Shown here: positions 40,653 to 51,025 of the stretch, one piece after another
How positions within the stretch are numbered: position 1 is the stretch's first letter
How the letters are laid out: every line of letters starts with the position of its first letter
Source of the DNA: an uncultured Gemmatimonadales bacterium
GTDB taxonomy: Bacteria > Gemmatimonadota > Gemmatimonadetes > Gemmatimonadales > GWC2-71-9
NCBI GenBank assembly: GCA_963796635.1
Contig: CAWCMH010000001.1
Location: 771,568 to 835,567 of the forward strand
Reading direction: 5' to 3'
DNA: 64,000 nt
Made by a program: the position numbers and the translations under genes
The notes under the pieces: model-generated
Databases searched by the model: none
The model's input: the letters and a program-made list of their open reading frames with translations, nothing else
Told to the model about the DNA's origin: nothing

Positions 40653-43600
40653 GCGGATCGGTGCTCGGGCACGCGCTGGATGATGTGGCGCGGCCATGGC
40701 GCGCGTTGCGCGGCACCGCCGCATGCGTCGGTGGCGTGGCGGTGGCGGCGTTGGCGTTCGCCGCCACCGCGTGTTTGCTGCGGTGGCAGGTGGCGAACGG
40801 ACCGGTGGCCACGTTGTGCGCCTGGAGCGCGGCGCTGGTGGCGATCGCCGGCGCGGCGTGGTTGGCCTGGCGCGCCATGGGCCGCCTGAGCGCTCGCGTC
40901 GTGGGACAGTACCTCGAGCAATCGGGCGAGTGGCGCCGCGGTGCGCTGACGACGCTCCTCGACGAGTCGGCGCCTGGCACGAGCGCCGGTCTGCACGGTG
41001 CCGCCGTGGAGCGGCGCGCCGGAGAAGTGCAGGCCGCGGCAGCAGGCGCCCTGACGCCGGTCGTGCGCCGCGAACGTCGCCGCACGCTCGGCGCCGCGGC
41101 CACGCTCCTCGCCGCCGCGATCGTGCTGATTGCTGCGCGGCCGACCGACGGCGCCGCCGCGGCGCTCTGGCATCCATACAACGCGTGGCGCGCGCTGACC
41201 GCACCGGTGCAGCTGCACGCGCGACGCAGCAGCGTCGGCCGCGGCGACCGCGCGGTGCTCGACGTGGCGGCGTTCGGGCATCGGCAGGCCACGCTGTACC
41301 TGCGCGCGCCTGGTGAAGCGTGGCGAACGTCGCGGATTTTGCTCGATGGGCGCGGCGACGCTGCCGTCACCACGGCGCCACTCACCGCCGATCTGGTGGC
41401 ACAGGTCGAGGCCGACGGACGGCGGTCGCCCGAGATCCGTGTCGCGGTGCGGCTGCCGGCCTTTCTTGGCAGCGTGACGGCGACCGCGCACTACCCGGCG
41501 TATCTCGGACTCGACGACGAAACGCTGTCCGTCAGCGGCGACACGCTGGTGCTTCCGGAAGGCACCCGGCTGGCGTTGCAAGGCCGCGCCACGACGGCAT
41601 TGCGCGGCGCGACGCTGCAGGGCCCGGACGGCGTCGACAGTCTCGCGGTGCAGGACGCGGCGTTCCACGGCACGTTGATGCCGCGGCAATCCGGGCGCTG
41701 GCAGCTGCAGCTGACGACCGTCGGCGGCGACTCGTTGCAGGGCCAGTTGCCGACGTTGCCGCTGCAGCTCGTCACCGACAGCGCCCCGGCGGTGGAGATC
41801 GCCGTTCCGGGTGCCGACACCGTCGCCACGTCGGCCATGTCGCTCGGCCTGGTGATTGGCGTCCGGGACGATCACGGAGTCACGTCGGCATGGATCGAAT
41901 TCCATCGCGGCACGTCCGGTCCCGTGGAGCGCACACCGCTGCCGCTGCCGGCCGGCACCGTCGACCGCGCGCTGTTGACGGCGGCGCTCGATCTCGCGGC
42001 GCTCCACCTGTCGCCGGGTGACACGCTGCACTACATCGCGGCGGCGATGGACAACGCGCCCGCCCATCACATCGGACGGTCGCGCGAGTTCGTCGTCCGC
42101 ATTCCGACCGCGGCGGAGCAACGCGCGGCGCGCGATCGCGCGACCGAACAGGCGGGCGCCGCGTTCGATTCGGTGGCCGGCGAATCGGCGCACGCGCAGC
42201 AAGCCGCGGACGACCTGTCACGCGAACGCCAGCGTGCGAGCGACAGCGACGGCAGCCCCGACGCCAGCGGGGCGGCGCCGCTCAGCAGCGACGCGGCGCG
42301 CAAGGCCACGACGGTCGCCCAATCGACCCAGCGCGTGCTCGACGATGCGGCAACGCTCCAACGCAACCTCGAGCAGCTGCGCGAGATGGCGCAACGTGAC
42401 GGCCCGGCCGACTCCGCTCTGGCGCGCGACCTGGGCGAGATCAACCGCCTGCTCGATCAGGCACTGTCGCCGGAACTCCGCGCCCGCCTCGCCGCATTGC
42501 AGCAGGCCATCACGGCGCTCGACCCGGCGGCGACGCAGCAGGCGCTGCAGGCCCTCGCCCAGCAGGAGGCGCAGTTGCAGCGCGCGATGGACCAGGCCCG
42601 CGAGTTGTTCAAGCGTGCGGCGCTCGAAACCTCGATCACCGACCTGGCGCAACGCGCCTCGCAGCTTGCCGATGAACAACGTGCGTTGAGTCCCCACCCG
42701 GGGAGCGACACTGCCGCGGCCGCGCGGCGCGAGGCGGCGCTCGCATCGCGGACGGACTCGCTCGCCCGACGGGTCGACAGCGTCGCGACGCGCGTGCCGT
42801 CGACAAGCACCCAGCAGGGCTTGCACGAAGCCGGGGCGATGGTCCGGCAGGCGTCGACGCAGATGCAGCAGCAGGCCGCGGCCAACTCGCCGACGCCGAC
42901 GGCGACGGCCACCGCCGCGGGGAAGCAGGCCGAGTCGGAGTTGCGCAACGCGGCGCAGCAGATCGCGCAGAACGGCCGGAACATGCAGGCGCAGATGCGC
43001 GCCGACGTCGAACACGCCATCGAGCGCGCCCTGGCGGAAACGGCGCGGCTCACGCGGCAGCAACTGGCGGTCGCGGCGGCCATGGCGCAAGGCGCCATGC
43101 TGCTGCAGGCACGAAGCACCCAGGGCCTGATCGAAGAGGGCGCCGGGAAGGTGGCCAATCAGGTCGACGCCGCGGCCAGACTCAACGCGCTGATGTCGCC
43201 GCAGGCGGGCATTGCGCTGGCCGAGGCGCGCCAGGACATGCGCGACGCGGTGAGTGCCGTGTCGAAGGCGAACCCCGACACGCGGGCGGCGGCAGGCAAG
43301 GCGAACGATGCGGTGGACGCGTTGGCGGTGGCAGCGTTTGCGCTGGTGCTGTCGAGGGATCGCGTCAATGGATCGCAATCCGGCAGCGGCGTGCCCGAAG
43401 CGATGGAGGAAATGCAGCGCATGGCGGGGCAGCAGGGCAATCTCGCGCGGCAGGGGGGCGCCTCGCTACAACAGGGGTTCGGCAGCGCGCAGCAGTTGAT
43501 GCAGCTCGCGCTGCAACAGCGGGCGCTGGCACAGCAACTCGATCGCATGCGCGCGAGCGGTCTGCTGCCCGGGGCGGGCGATATGGCGCGTCAGGCGCAC

Positions 43601-43945
43601 GAGCTGGCGCGGAGCCTTGAAGCCGGGCAACTCAATCCCGATGTGGTGCAGGAACAGCAACGGCTCTACACCCACATGCTCGATGCCGGCCGCACGCTGC
43701 AAGGCCAGCAGGATGACGTGTCGCGCGAGCGGCACGCGACCACGGCCCGGGATGCGCCACCGGCGATTCCGCCCGCACTCGATGCCAGGATCCGCTATGG
43801 CATTGGCGAAATCCGCTTGCCCAACTGGGATGCGCTGCAGCGACTGCAGCCGGAGGAGCGGCGCCGCGTCGTCGATTACTTCCAGCGCCTGACGCAGACG
43901 CCGGCGACCGCATCCGGCGCGGACACCGCACCGGCGCATCCATGA
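40649..43945 (+). CDS. large membrane-anchored protein (DUF4175-like: TM, Ig-like, Gln/Ala-rich coiled coil)
   Basis: 3 N-terminal TMs, YPAYLG, DSAPAV, DDHGV, long helical region, MLDAGR, C-terminal VVDYF. Confidence 0.7.
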   Translation: MSGSVLGHALDDVARPWRALRGTAACVGGVAVAALAFAATACLLRWQVANGPVATLCAWSAALVAIAGAAWLAWRAMGRLSARVVGQYLEQSGEWRRGALTTLLDESAPGTSAGLHGAAVERRAGEVQAAAAGALTPVVRRERRRTLGAAATLLAAAIVLIAARPTDGAAAALWHPYNAWRALTAPVQLHARRSSVGRGDRAVLDVAAFGHRQATLYLRAPGEAWRTSRILLDGRGDAAVTTAPLTADLVAQVEADGRRSPEIRVAVRLPAFLGSVTATAHYPAYLGLDDETLSVSGDTLVLPEGTRLALQGRATTALRGATLQGPDGVDSLAVQDAAFHGTLMPRQSGRWQLQLTTVGGDSLQGQLPTLPLQLVTDSAPAVEIAVPGADTVATSAMSLGLVIGVRDDHGVTSAWIEFHRGTSGPVERTPLPLPAGTVDRALLTAALDLAALHLSPGDTLHYIAAAMDNAPAHHIGRSREFVVRIPTAAEQRAARDRATEQAGAAFDSVAGESAHAQQAADDLSRERQRASDSDGSPDASGAAPLSSDAARKATTVAQSTQRVLDDAATLQRNLEQLREMAQRDGPADSALARDLGEINRLLDQALSPELRARLAALQQAITALDPAATQQALQALAQQEAQLQRAMDQARELFKRAALETSITDLAQRASQLADEQRALSPHPGSDTAAAARREAALASRTDSLARRVDSVATRVPSTSTQQGLHEAGAMVRQASTQMQQQAAANSPTPTATATAAGKQAESELRNAAQQIAQNGRNMQAQMRADVEHAIERALAETARLTRQQLAVAAAMAQGAMLLQARSTQGLIEEGAGKVANQVDAAARLNALMSPQAGIALAEARQDMRDAVSAVSKANPDTRAAAGKANDAVDALAVAAFALVLSRDRVNGSQSGSGVPEAMEEMQRMAGQQGNLARQGGASLQQGFGSAQQLMQLALQQRALAQQLDRMRASGLLPGAGDMARQAHELARSLEAGQLNPDVVQEQQRLYTHMLDAGRTLQGQQDDVSRERHATTARDAPPAIPPALDARIRYGIGEIRLPNWDALQRLQPEERRRVVDYFQRLTQTPATASGADTAPAHP

Positions 43946-45703
43946 AGCGCGTGGTGCATTCCGGGTGCGTGCTGCCGATTGTGCTGTCGCTGGGGCTGGC
44001 GGCGCGTGCGCCCGCGCAGGTCATTGGCGTGCGCGCCCACGATCCCACGGCGGTGGGCCGCGCCCTGGAGGCCGAGCGGCATGGGGCGTGGAGCGATGCC
44101 GCAGCGCTCTACGGCGGCATACTGCAGTCCCAGCCGGCGAACGGCGCGGCGTTGACGGGCATGGAACACGTCCTCCCCAAGCTGGGACGCCGGGCTGCAC
44201 TGGATTCGCTGATCCACCGGGCCGTGGCAGCGGACTCCACCGATGCCGAGGTGCTCGGCGTCGCCACGCGCACCTTTGCCGCCGAGGGCCGCGCGGACTC
44301 GGCCGAGAAGTATGCAACCCGCTGGTCGCGCACGTGATCCCGGGGACGACGAGCCGTACCGTGAATGGTCCCAGGCGGCGCTCGACGCGCGTGACGTCGC
44401 CCAGGCGCGCCACGCGCTGGATGTCGGGCAGGCACGACTCGGGCACGGAGCGCTCTCGATCGAGCGGGCGGAACTGCTGCAGCGCACCGGTGACATCGCC
44501 GGCGCGGCGCGAGAGTGGGCCGCTGTGGTACATGCGACGCCGCAATTCCGCGAAGGCACGGTGGGCGTGCTCGCGCAGGTCGCGCCCGCCGAGCGCGATA
44601 CGGTCCGTCGCGTGCTCGGCGCCACGCCCACGCTCGAGGCGCGGCAGATGCTCGGGTTGTTGACGCTGCAGTGGGGCGACCCGGCCGCTGGCGCCGCGAT
44701 GGTCCGGGCGGCGCTGCCGGCGGACAGTGCTGCGGCCAACGCGCTGCTGGCCCAGGTGGTGGACGACCTGAAGCCGCACGCGGATCGCGCGTCGCAACTC
44801 GCGGTGGCGTCGACGGCTGAACTGCTCGCGGCGCGGCAACCGACGGCGCAACGTGACACCACCTTGCTGACGGCGGCCCAGGCCTTCGCCAACGCCGGTG
44901 ACGAAACCGGCGCGCGCCGGGCGCTGGCAATGATGCGCGGCACGCCGGGGCCAGGCTCCGCCGAGTCGACCAGCTCACGCGTTATGATCAGCGTACTGAT
45001 CGCGGAGCACCATCCGGCGCAGGCGGAGAGCTTGCTGACTCGACTCGGTCGCAGCATCGATCTCGATGAGCACGATGCACTGGCGCGTCGCATCGCGATG
45101 GCGTGGGCGGCGACCGGCGACTTCGCGCGGGCCCGCGCGCTGGTCGCCACCGATTCGAGCATCGAAGCGTTCGACTTGCGCGCCCGCTTGAGCCTGTATC
45201 AGGGCGATCTCGGCAGTGCCGCCCTGCAATTCAAGATGGCCGGTCCCTACAGCACGCCGCGGGATGCCGCGGTCGATCGCGTCGAACTGTTGAGCCTGCT
45301 GCAGGGCGTGGGACAGGACTCGTCGCCGCCGCTCGGTGCGGCGTTGCTCACGCTGGCCCGCGGTGACTCGGCGCGTGCGGTGACTCAGCTGGCGGCTGCG
45401 GCGCCGGCGTTCGGGGCGGTCGGCGCCGCCCAGACGCGGCTCATGGCTGCGCGCATCGCGCTGGCGCGGCACGACACGAGCGGCGCCGTGCCCTTGCTGC
45501 ATGAAGCCGACATCAAGGAGGCCCCCGCGGCAGCCGCGCTCGCGCGGCTCGATCTCGCGCGAATCAGCGTGGCGCGCGACAGCGCCCGGCAGGCGGGCGC
45601 CGCACTGGCGCAGCTGATTATCGACTTTCCCGAGAGCGCGGTGGTGCCCGAAGCGCGCCAGTTGCGCGACTCGCTGGCGGTGCCCGGTCGAGGAGTGCCC
45701 TGA
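43942..45703 (+). CDS. exported TPR-like protein; split by a +1 frameshift near 44329
   Basis: Signal peptide in 43942-44337; removing one base gives RWS-ARDPGDDEPYREW; C-terminal LIIDFPES..PEAR TPR-type ending. Confidence 0.65.
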
Positions 45704-46998
45704 TGCGGCGGCGTGATTTCATGCGTACCGGCGTCGCCGGCGGCGTGACACTCTTCCTCCCTCGCCACGCCTGGTGGCGGGGTGCGTCGCGCCGGGCCGC
45801 CGGGTCGGTGCTGGTGCCGATGGATGATGCGCAAGAAGATCATCTCAAGGCATACGGTCTGGCGTTCCGTGCGCTCGAGCGCGGGGAGCGGGGCGAATGG
45901 TGGCTCAACTACCGCGGTGGCGCGTTCTGGTTTCCGGCGTCCGATGCCATGCAGCGCGATGCCGCGCTGGCCGGGGTGACGATCGAACCGATCGACGATG
46001 CGGCCGTGAACGACGCCCGCGGCCAGATCGCGGCGAGCAACATGGACACGATTCCCCTGGAGAAAGTCCCGCGCGTCGCGGTGTACGCTCCGCCCGATGC
46101 GCCGCCCTGGGATGACGCCGTGACCATGGCGCTCAAGTACGCCGGGATTCAGTACCAGCGTGTCTGGGATCCGGAAGTGCTCGGCGTCGGGTTGGGCGAT
46201 TTCGACTGGCTGCATCTGCATCACGAGGACTTCACCGGCCAGTACTCCAAGTTCGTGCTCACGTCGGCGGGCGCGCCCTGGCTGCAGGAGATGATGGATC
46301 TTTATCAGCGCACGGCCACCCAGCTGGGTTATGCCAACGTCCCCGATGTCAAGCGGGCGGTGGCGCAACGCATCGCGGCGTTCGTGGGGCGCGGCGGGTT
46401 CCTGTTCGCGATGTGCACGGCGACCGAGACGCTCGACCTCGCACTCGCAAGTGAGGGCGTCGATATCGCCGCCGCGTACGCCGATGGCACGCCGATGGAT
46501 CCCGACGCGTCGAGCAAGATGCACTGGGAGCAGGCGCTGGCCTTTCACGACGCCCAGCTCTTCCTGTCGCCGGCCATCGCGGCGTTCAGCGATATCGACG
46601 GGCACCTCGTGAATACACCGCAACGCCAACCACTCGGGGCGTTCGAGCTGTTCAACTTTTCCGCCAAGATCGATCCGGTCGCGACGATGCTGGTGCAGAA
46701 CCATCGCCAGGTGATTCCGGATTTCTACGGCCTGACGACATCGTTCCGCCGCACCCGCGTGAAACCGGAGGTGGTGGTGCTGGCGCAGGAGCCCGGCGCG
46801 CCGTGGGTCAAGTACATCCACGGGGAGCGCGGCAAGGGTACCTGGACGTTCCTCGGCGGGCACGACCCCGAGGATCCCGAGCACGCCATCGGGAACGCGC
46901 CAACCGATCTGTCGTTGCATCCGCATTCCCCCGGCTATCGGTTGATGCTCAACAATGTGCTCTTTCCCGCTGCCCGGAAGCGAGAACTCAAGACGTGA
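45703..46998 (+). CDS. Tat-exported conserved protein with class I glutamine amidotransferase-like region (family often labelled 'asparagine synthetase B')
   Basis: MRRRDFM; LVPMD..QEDHLKAYG, LNYRGG, WLHLHHEDFTGQY, FLFAMCTATE, GGHDPED, SPGYRL.LNN. Confidence 0.7.
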   Translation: MRRRDFMRTGVAGGVTLFLPRHAWWRGASRRAAGSVLVPMDDAQEDHLKAYGLAFRALERGERGEWWLNYRGGAFWFPASDAMQRDAALAGVTIEPIDDAAVNDARGQIAASNMDTIPLEKVPRVAVYAPPDAPPWDDAVTMALKYAGIQYQRVWDPEVLGVGLGDFDWLHLHHEDFTGQYSKFVLTSAGAPWLQEMMDLYQRTATQLGYANVPDVKRAVAQRIAAFVGRGGFLFAMCTATETLDLALASEGVDIAAAYADGTPMDPDASSKMHWEQALAFHDAQLFLSPAIAAFSDIDGHLVNTPQRQPLGAFELFNFSAKIDPVATMLVQNHRQVIPDFYGLTTSFRRTRVKPEVVVLAQEPGAPWVKYIHGERGKGTWTFLGGHDPEDPEHAIGNAPTDLSLHPHSPGYRLMLNNVLFPAARKRELKT

Positions 46999-49220
46999 GC
47001 GATCGCGACTTCCGGAGCAGCGATGACGACGACCGCGCGCCTGCGCGCGCACGGACCGTGACGCCGCTCGACCCGTTCGCGGTGATCGCGCTCCTCGGCG
47101 AGGATGGGCCGATCGCGCGGCTGATGGGGAGCTATGAGGACCGCCAGAGCCAGCGCGACCTGTCGGCGTACCTGGTGGATGCCTACAACGACGGCGGCGT
47201 GCTGATGCTCGAAGCCGGCACCGGGGTGGGCAAATCGTTTGCGTACCTGGTGCCCGCGCTGGCGTGGGCACGCGCCAACCACGAACGCACCGTCATCTCG
47301 ACCAACACGATCAATCTCCAGGAGCAGCTCGTCGGGAAGGACCTGCCGCTGCTCCAGCGCGCGCTCGCCGACGACGACTATCAGCCGTCGTTCGCGTTGC
47401 TCAAGGGGTGGCGCAACTATCTCTGCCGAGCGCGCCTCGACATGGCGACCGCGTCGCAACATTCCCTGCTCGAAGGCAACAAGCTCGACGAACTGCTGGG
47501 GTTGGTGGCGTGGGCCGCGCAGACCAGCGACGGCACGCTGGCCGACCTCCCGGTGCCGCCGGCCGGAGAGCTGTGGGACGAGGTGTCGGCCGAACCCGAT
47601 CTCTGCACTCGCAACAAGTGCCGGCACTACGACAGCTGCTTCGTGTTCCGCGCGCGTCGCCACGCTGCCCATGCCGATGTCGTCGTCGTCAATCATCATC
47701 TGCTGGCGGCCGATCTCGCGGTGCGGCACGCGTCGGACAACTGGGATTCCCCCGCGGTGCTGCCCGACTACCAGCGGTTGATCCTTGATGAGGCGCATCA
47801 TCTCGAAGACGTGGCCGCGGGACATCTCGGCTCGCAGGTGTCGAGTCGCGGCGTGCAGCGCGTGCTGAACCGCCTGGAGCGGCGCGGCAAGGGACTGCTA
47901 CCCGCGCTGCAGCACGACCTCATGAGCAGCGACGACCTCCTCGGTCGTGCGTCGCTCGACCTGGTGCGCGAGCGGCTGATCCCTGCCGTCACGCAGGCAC
48001 GTACGGCGGTCGAGGCGTTGTTTGTCCGGCTGTTCGACCATGCGGCCACCGGCGCGGCGGGGCAACTCAGGCTGGACGACGATTTCGCACGGCACCCGAT
48101 CTGGGACGCCGGGCTGACGCGCGAACTCGATCATACCGTCGGCGCCTTTCGCGTCATTGCCGACCTGATCGAGACCGTGGCCGAGCGGATGACGCAGGAT
48201 GACCAGACCGAGCGACGCCAGCGATTGATCGACGAGTGCCGCGGCGTGGTGCGGCGGTTGGGCGCGGTGGCGGACGGGCTCAACGCCACGCTGCGGCCGG
48301 CGGCCGGGCGGCCGCCCGATGTGCGCTGGATGGAACGAAGCGGCTTGAAGACGCCGACGCTGCAGCTCAGCGCGGTGCCGCTCGACCTCGCCCCGATGTT
48401 GCGCGAGCTGCTGTTCGATCGCGTCACCACCGTTGCGTTGACCAGTGCCACGCTCGCCGCCGGTGGTGAGTTCAGCTTTCTCGCATCGCGCATCGGGCTG
48501 GCCGGTGAAGGATCGCCGCTCACGACGCAGGAGATCTTTCCATCGCCATTCCCCTACGAAGACCACTGCCTGCTCGGTGTCCCGGACGACATCCCCGACC
48601 CGCGCGAGGATGAGGCCGCCCACGACGCGGCGGTGGCCCAAGTTGTCAGCGACCTGGCGTGGGCGGCAGATGGGGGCCTCTTCGTCCTCTTCACGTCGCA
48701 CGCGGCGCTGCGGCGGGTCGGTGCGATCGTGCGCCAGGAGTTGGGAAGTCGCTTTCCGATCCTGATGCAGGGCGAGGCGCAGCGCGATCACCTCATCCGT
48801 CGCTTTCGCGACGCCGGCAACGCGATTCTGCTGGGCACCGATTCATTCTGGGAAGGCGTCGATGTGCCGGGGCGTGCACTGCGGGGCCTGGTGATCGCCA
48901 AGCTACCTTTCAAGGTGCCGTCGGAGCCGTTGACGGCGGCGCGACTCGAGCGCCTCACCGAACAGGGCGAGGACGGCTTCTTCGGCTACCTGCTGCCGCA
49001 CGCCGCGCTCAAGCTCAAGCAGGGGTTCGGGCGCCTGATCCGCGGTGCCCAGGATGTCGGGGTCGTGGTCCTGCTCGACCGCCGCATCATCACCCGGCGG
49101 TACGGTGCCATGCTGCTCGAAGGGTTGCCGCCGGCCGAGCGGGTGATCGGATCGTGGGCGCAGGTGCGCACCAAGTGCGAGGATTTCTTCGCACGTCATG
49201 GAATCGGAGCTGCTACGTGA
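46995..49220 (+). CDS. DinG/YoaA family Fe-S DNA helicase
   Basis: EAGTGVGKS, NYLC and C-x4-C-x5-C, DEAH, TSATL, FWEGVDVPG, QGFGRLIR. Confidence 0.93.
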   Translation: MSDRDFRSSDDDDRAPARARTVTPLDPFAVIALLGEDGPIARLMGSYEDRQSQRDLSAYLVDAYNDGGVLMLEAGTGVGKSFAYLVPALAWARANHERTVISTNTINLQEQLVGKDLPLLQRALADDDYQPSFALLKGWRNYLCRARLDMATASQHSLLEGNKLDELLGLVAWAAQTSDGTLADLPVPPAGELWDEVSAEPDLCTRNKCRHYDSCFVFRARRHAAHADVVVVNHHLLAADLAVRHASDNWDSPAVLPDYQRLILDEAHHLEDVAAGHLGSQVSSRGVQRVLNRLERRGKGLLPALQHDLMSSDDLLGRASLDLVRERLIPAVTQARTAVEALFVRLFDHAATGAAGQLRLDDDFARHPIWDAGLTRELDHTVGAFRVIADLIETVAERMTQDDQTERRQRLIDECRGVVRRLGAVADGLNATLRPAAGRPPDVRWMERSGLKTPTLQLSAVPLDLAPMLRELLFDRVTTVALTSATLAAGGEFSFLASRIGLAGEGSPLTTQEIFPSPFPYEDHCLLGVPDDIPDPREDEAAHDAAVAQVVSDLAWAADGGLFVLFTSHAALRRVGAIVRQELGSRFPILMQGEAQRDHLIRRFRDAGNAILLGTDSFWEGVDVPGRALRGLVIAKLPFKVPSEPLTAARLERLTEQGEDGFFGYLLPHAALKLKQGFGRLIRGAQDVGVVVLLDRRIITRRYGAMLLEGLPPAERVIGSWAQVRTKCEDFFARHGIGAAT

Positions 49221-49840
49221 AGCTGACACGTCCCGGCAAGATCGTCTGCGTTGGCCGCAACTACGCGGCACACGCGCGCGAACTTGGCAACGACGTGCCG
49301 TCGGAGCCGCTGATCTTTCTCAAGCCGCCGTCGTCGTTGATCGGGTCGGGCGAGGCGATCGTGCTGCCACCGCAATCCCATCAGGTCGAATACGAATCCG
49401 AGATCGGCATCGTGATCGGCCGGACCGCGCGCAAGGTCGCGCAGGCCGACGCGCCGTCGCACGTGCACGGATTCTGCTGCGCCAACGATGTCACCGCGCG
49501 CGACCTGCAACGCACCGATAGTCAGTGGACCCGCGCGAAGGGCTTCGACACCTTCTGCGCCATGGGTCCCGTGGCAACTGACGTCGCGTGGGATGACCTG
49601 CAGGTGATCGGCCGCCTCAACGGCGTCGAAAAGCAGCGCGGGTCGACCCGGGAGATGATCTTCGGGCTGTCGCAGATCATCGAATACATCAGTCATGTCA
49701 TGACGCTCGAATCCGGCGACCTGATTCTCACCGGCACGCCGGCCGGGACCAGCCCGCTGCACCCCGGGGATGTCTTCGACGTCGAGATTCCCGGGATCGG
49801 CGTGCTGCGCAATCCGGTGCAGGCGGCGGCTGCCGCATGA
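49217..49840 (+). CDS. fumarylacetoacetate hydrolase family protein
   Basis: KIVCVGRNYAAH, FLKP, YESE, NDVTARDLQ, KGFDTF, GDLILTGTP. Confidence 0.93.
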   Translation: MKLTRPGKIVCVGRNYAAHARELGNDVPSEPLIFLKPPSSLIGSGEAIVLPPQSHQVEYESEIGIVIGRTARKVAQADAPSHVHGFCCANDVTARDLQRTDSQWTRAKGFDTFCAMGPVATDVAWDDLQVIGRLNGVEKQRGSTREMIFGLSQIIEYISHVMTLESGDLILTGTPAGTSPLHPGDVFDVEIPGIGVLRNPVQAAAAA

Positions 49841-51025
49841 TCCGTCCGAGCGACCGCGTGGCCCGACTCCCGGGATATCCCCTCGCCGCAATCCCCGCGA
49901 TCAAGCGTCGTCTCCTGGCGCAGGGGGTTGACGTGATTGATCTTGGCGCCGGCGACATGGACGGACCGGCCCCCGCGGCCACCACCGACGCGCTGCGGGA
50001 AGCGCTCGGAGTGACGGCGTTGCACAAGTACGGGTTTCAGCAGGGGCTGCCGGCGTTCCGCGAGGCAGCGGTCGGCTGGGTGGAACGGCGCTTCGGACAA
50101 CGGTTCGACGCGACCACGGAGATGCTGCCGCTGATCGGATCGAAGGAGGGCCTGACGCATCTGGCGCTCGCGCTCTGCAATCCCGGCGACGTGGCCATTG
50201 TGCCCGAGCCCGGGTATCAGGCGTACATCGGCGGTGCGATTCTCTCCAGCGCGGAACCGGTGATCGTCCCGCTGCGCCCCGAGCAGGATTTCCTGGTCGA
50301 GCTGGGCGCATTGCCCGAAGAGACGCTGCGCCGTGCCCGCATTGTCTACGTCAACTATCCCAACAATCCCACGGCGGCCATCGCGCCGCGCGATTATCTC
50401 GAGCGACTGGTCCGTACCTGTCGCGCGCACGAAATCGTGCTGGCGTATGACAACGCGTACTGCGACATCACGTTCGATGGGTACGTGGCACCGAGCATCT
50501 TCGAGATCGAGGGCGCGCGCGAGATCGCCGTCGAATTCTTCTCGATGTCGAAGTCGTTCCAGATGACCGGGTGGCGGGTGGGCTTCGCGATCGGATCGGC
50601 ACCGTTGATCTCGGCGCTGACCAAGGTCAAGAGTTACATCGACACGGGGCCGTTCCTGGCGCTGCAGCAGGCCTCGGCATGGACACTCGACCACGCCGAA
50701 GCACTCAACGCGCCGATCGTGGCGGAGCTGACGCGGCGGCGTGATGGTGCCGTTGCGGCAATGCGCGATGCAGGTTTCACGGTCGCCTCACCGCAGGCGG
50801 CAATGTACCTGTGGATCCCGCTGCCGCCGGGGCTGGCGTCGGCGCAATTCTGCACGCGTTGCGCTCGAAGACGAAGGGGTGGTCACGTTGCCGGGCAGTG
50901 GATTTGGACCCGCCGGCGAAGGTTTTTTCCGGATCGCGCTCACGGTGCCGCCCGACCGACTGCGCGAAGCGGCGATGCGACTCGGCCGCGCGCTGGCATC
51001 GTGTGGAGCGCCGACGCTTGCCTGA
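49837..51025 (+). CDS. class I/II PLP aminotransferase (LL-DAP aminotransferase-like); +1 frameshift at about 50860
   Basis: GSKEG, NYPNNPT, DNAY, SMSKSFQMTGWRVG; deleting T50860 gives FCTRALEDEGVVTLPGSGFG..FFRIAL. Confidence 0.88.

Noticed and set aside
44335-44337. TGA readthrough or selenocysteine in the TPR gene
   Set aside because: The continuation is in a different frame, so a frameshift explains it.
46995-49220. DinG as a type IV CRISPR helicase
   Set aside because: No csf/cas genes or array; ordinary chromosomal DinG/YoaA context.
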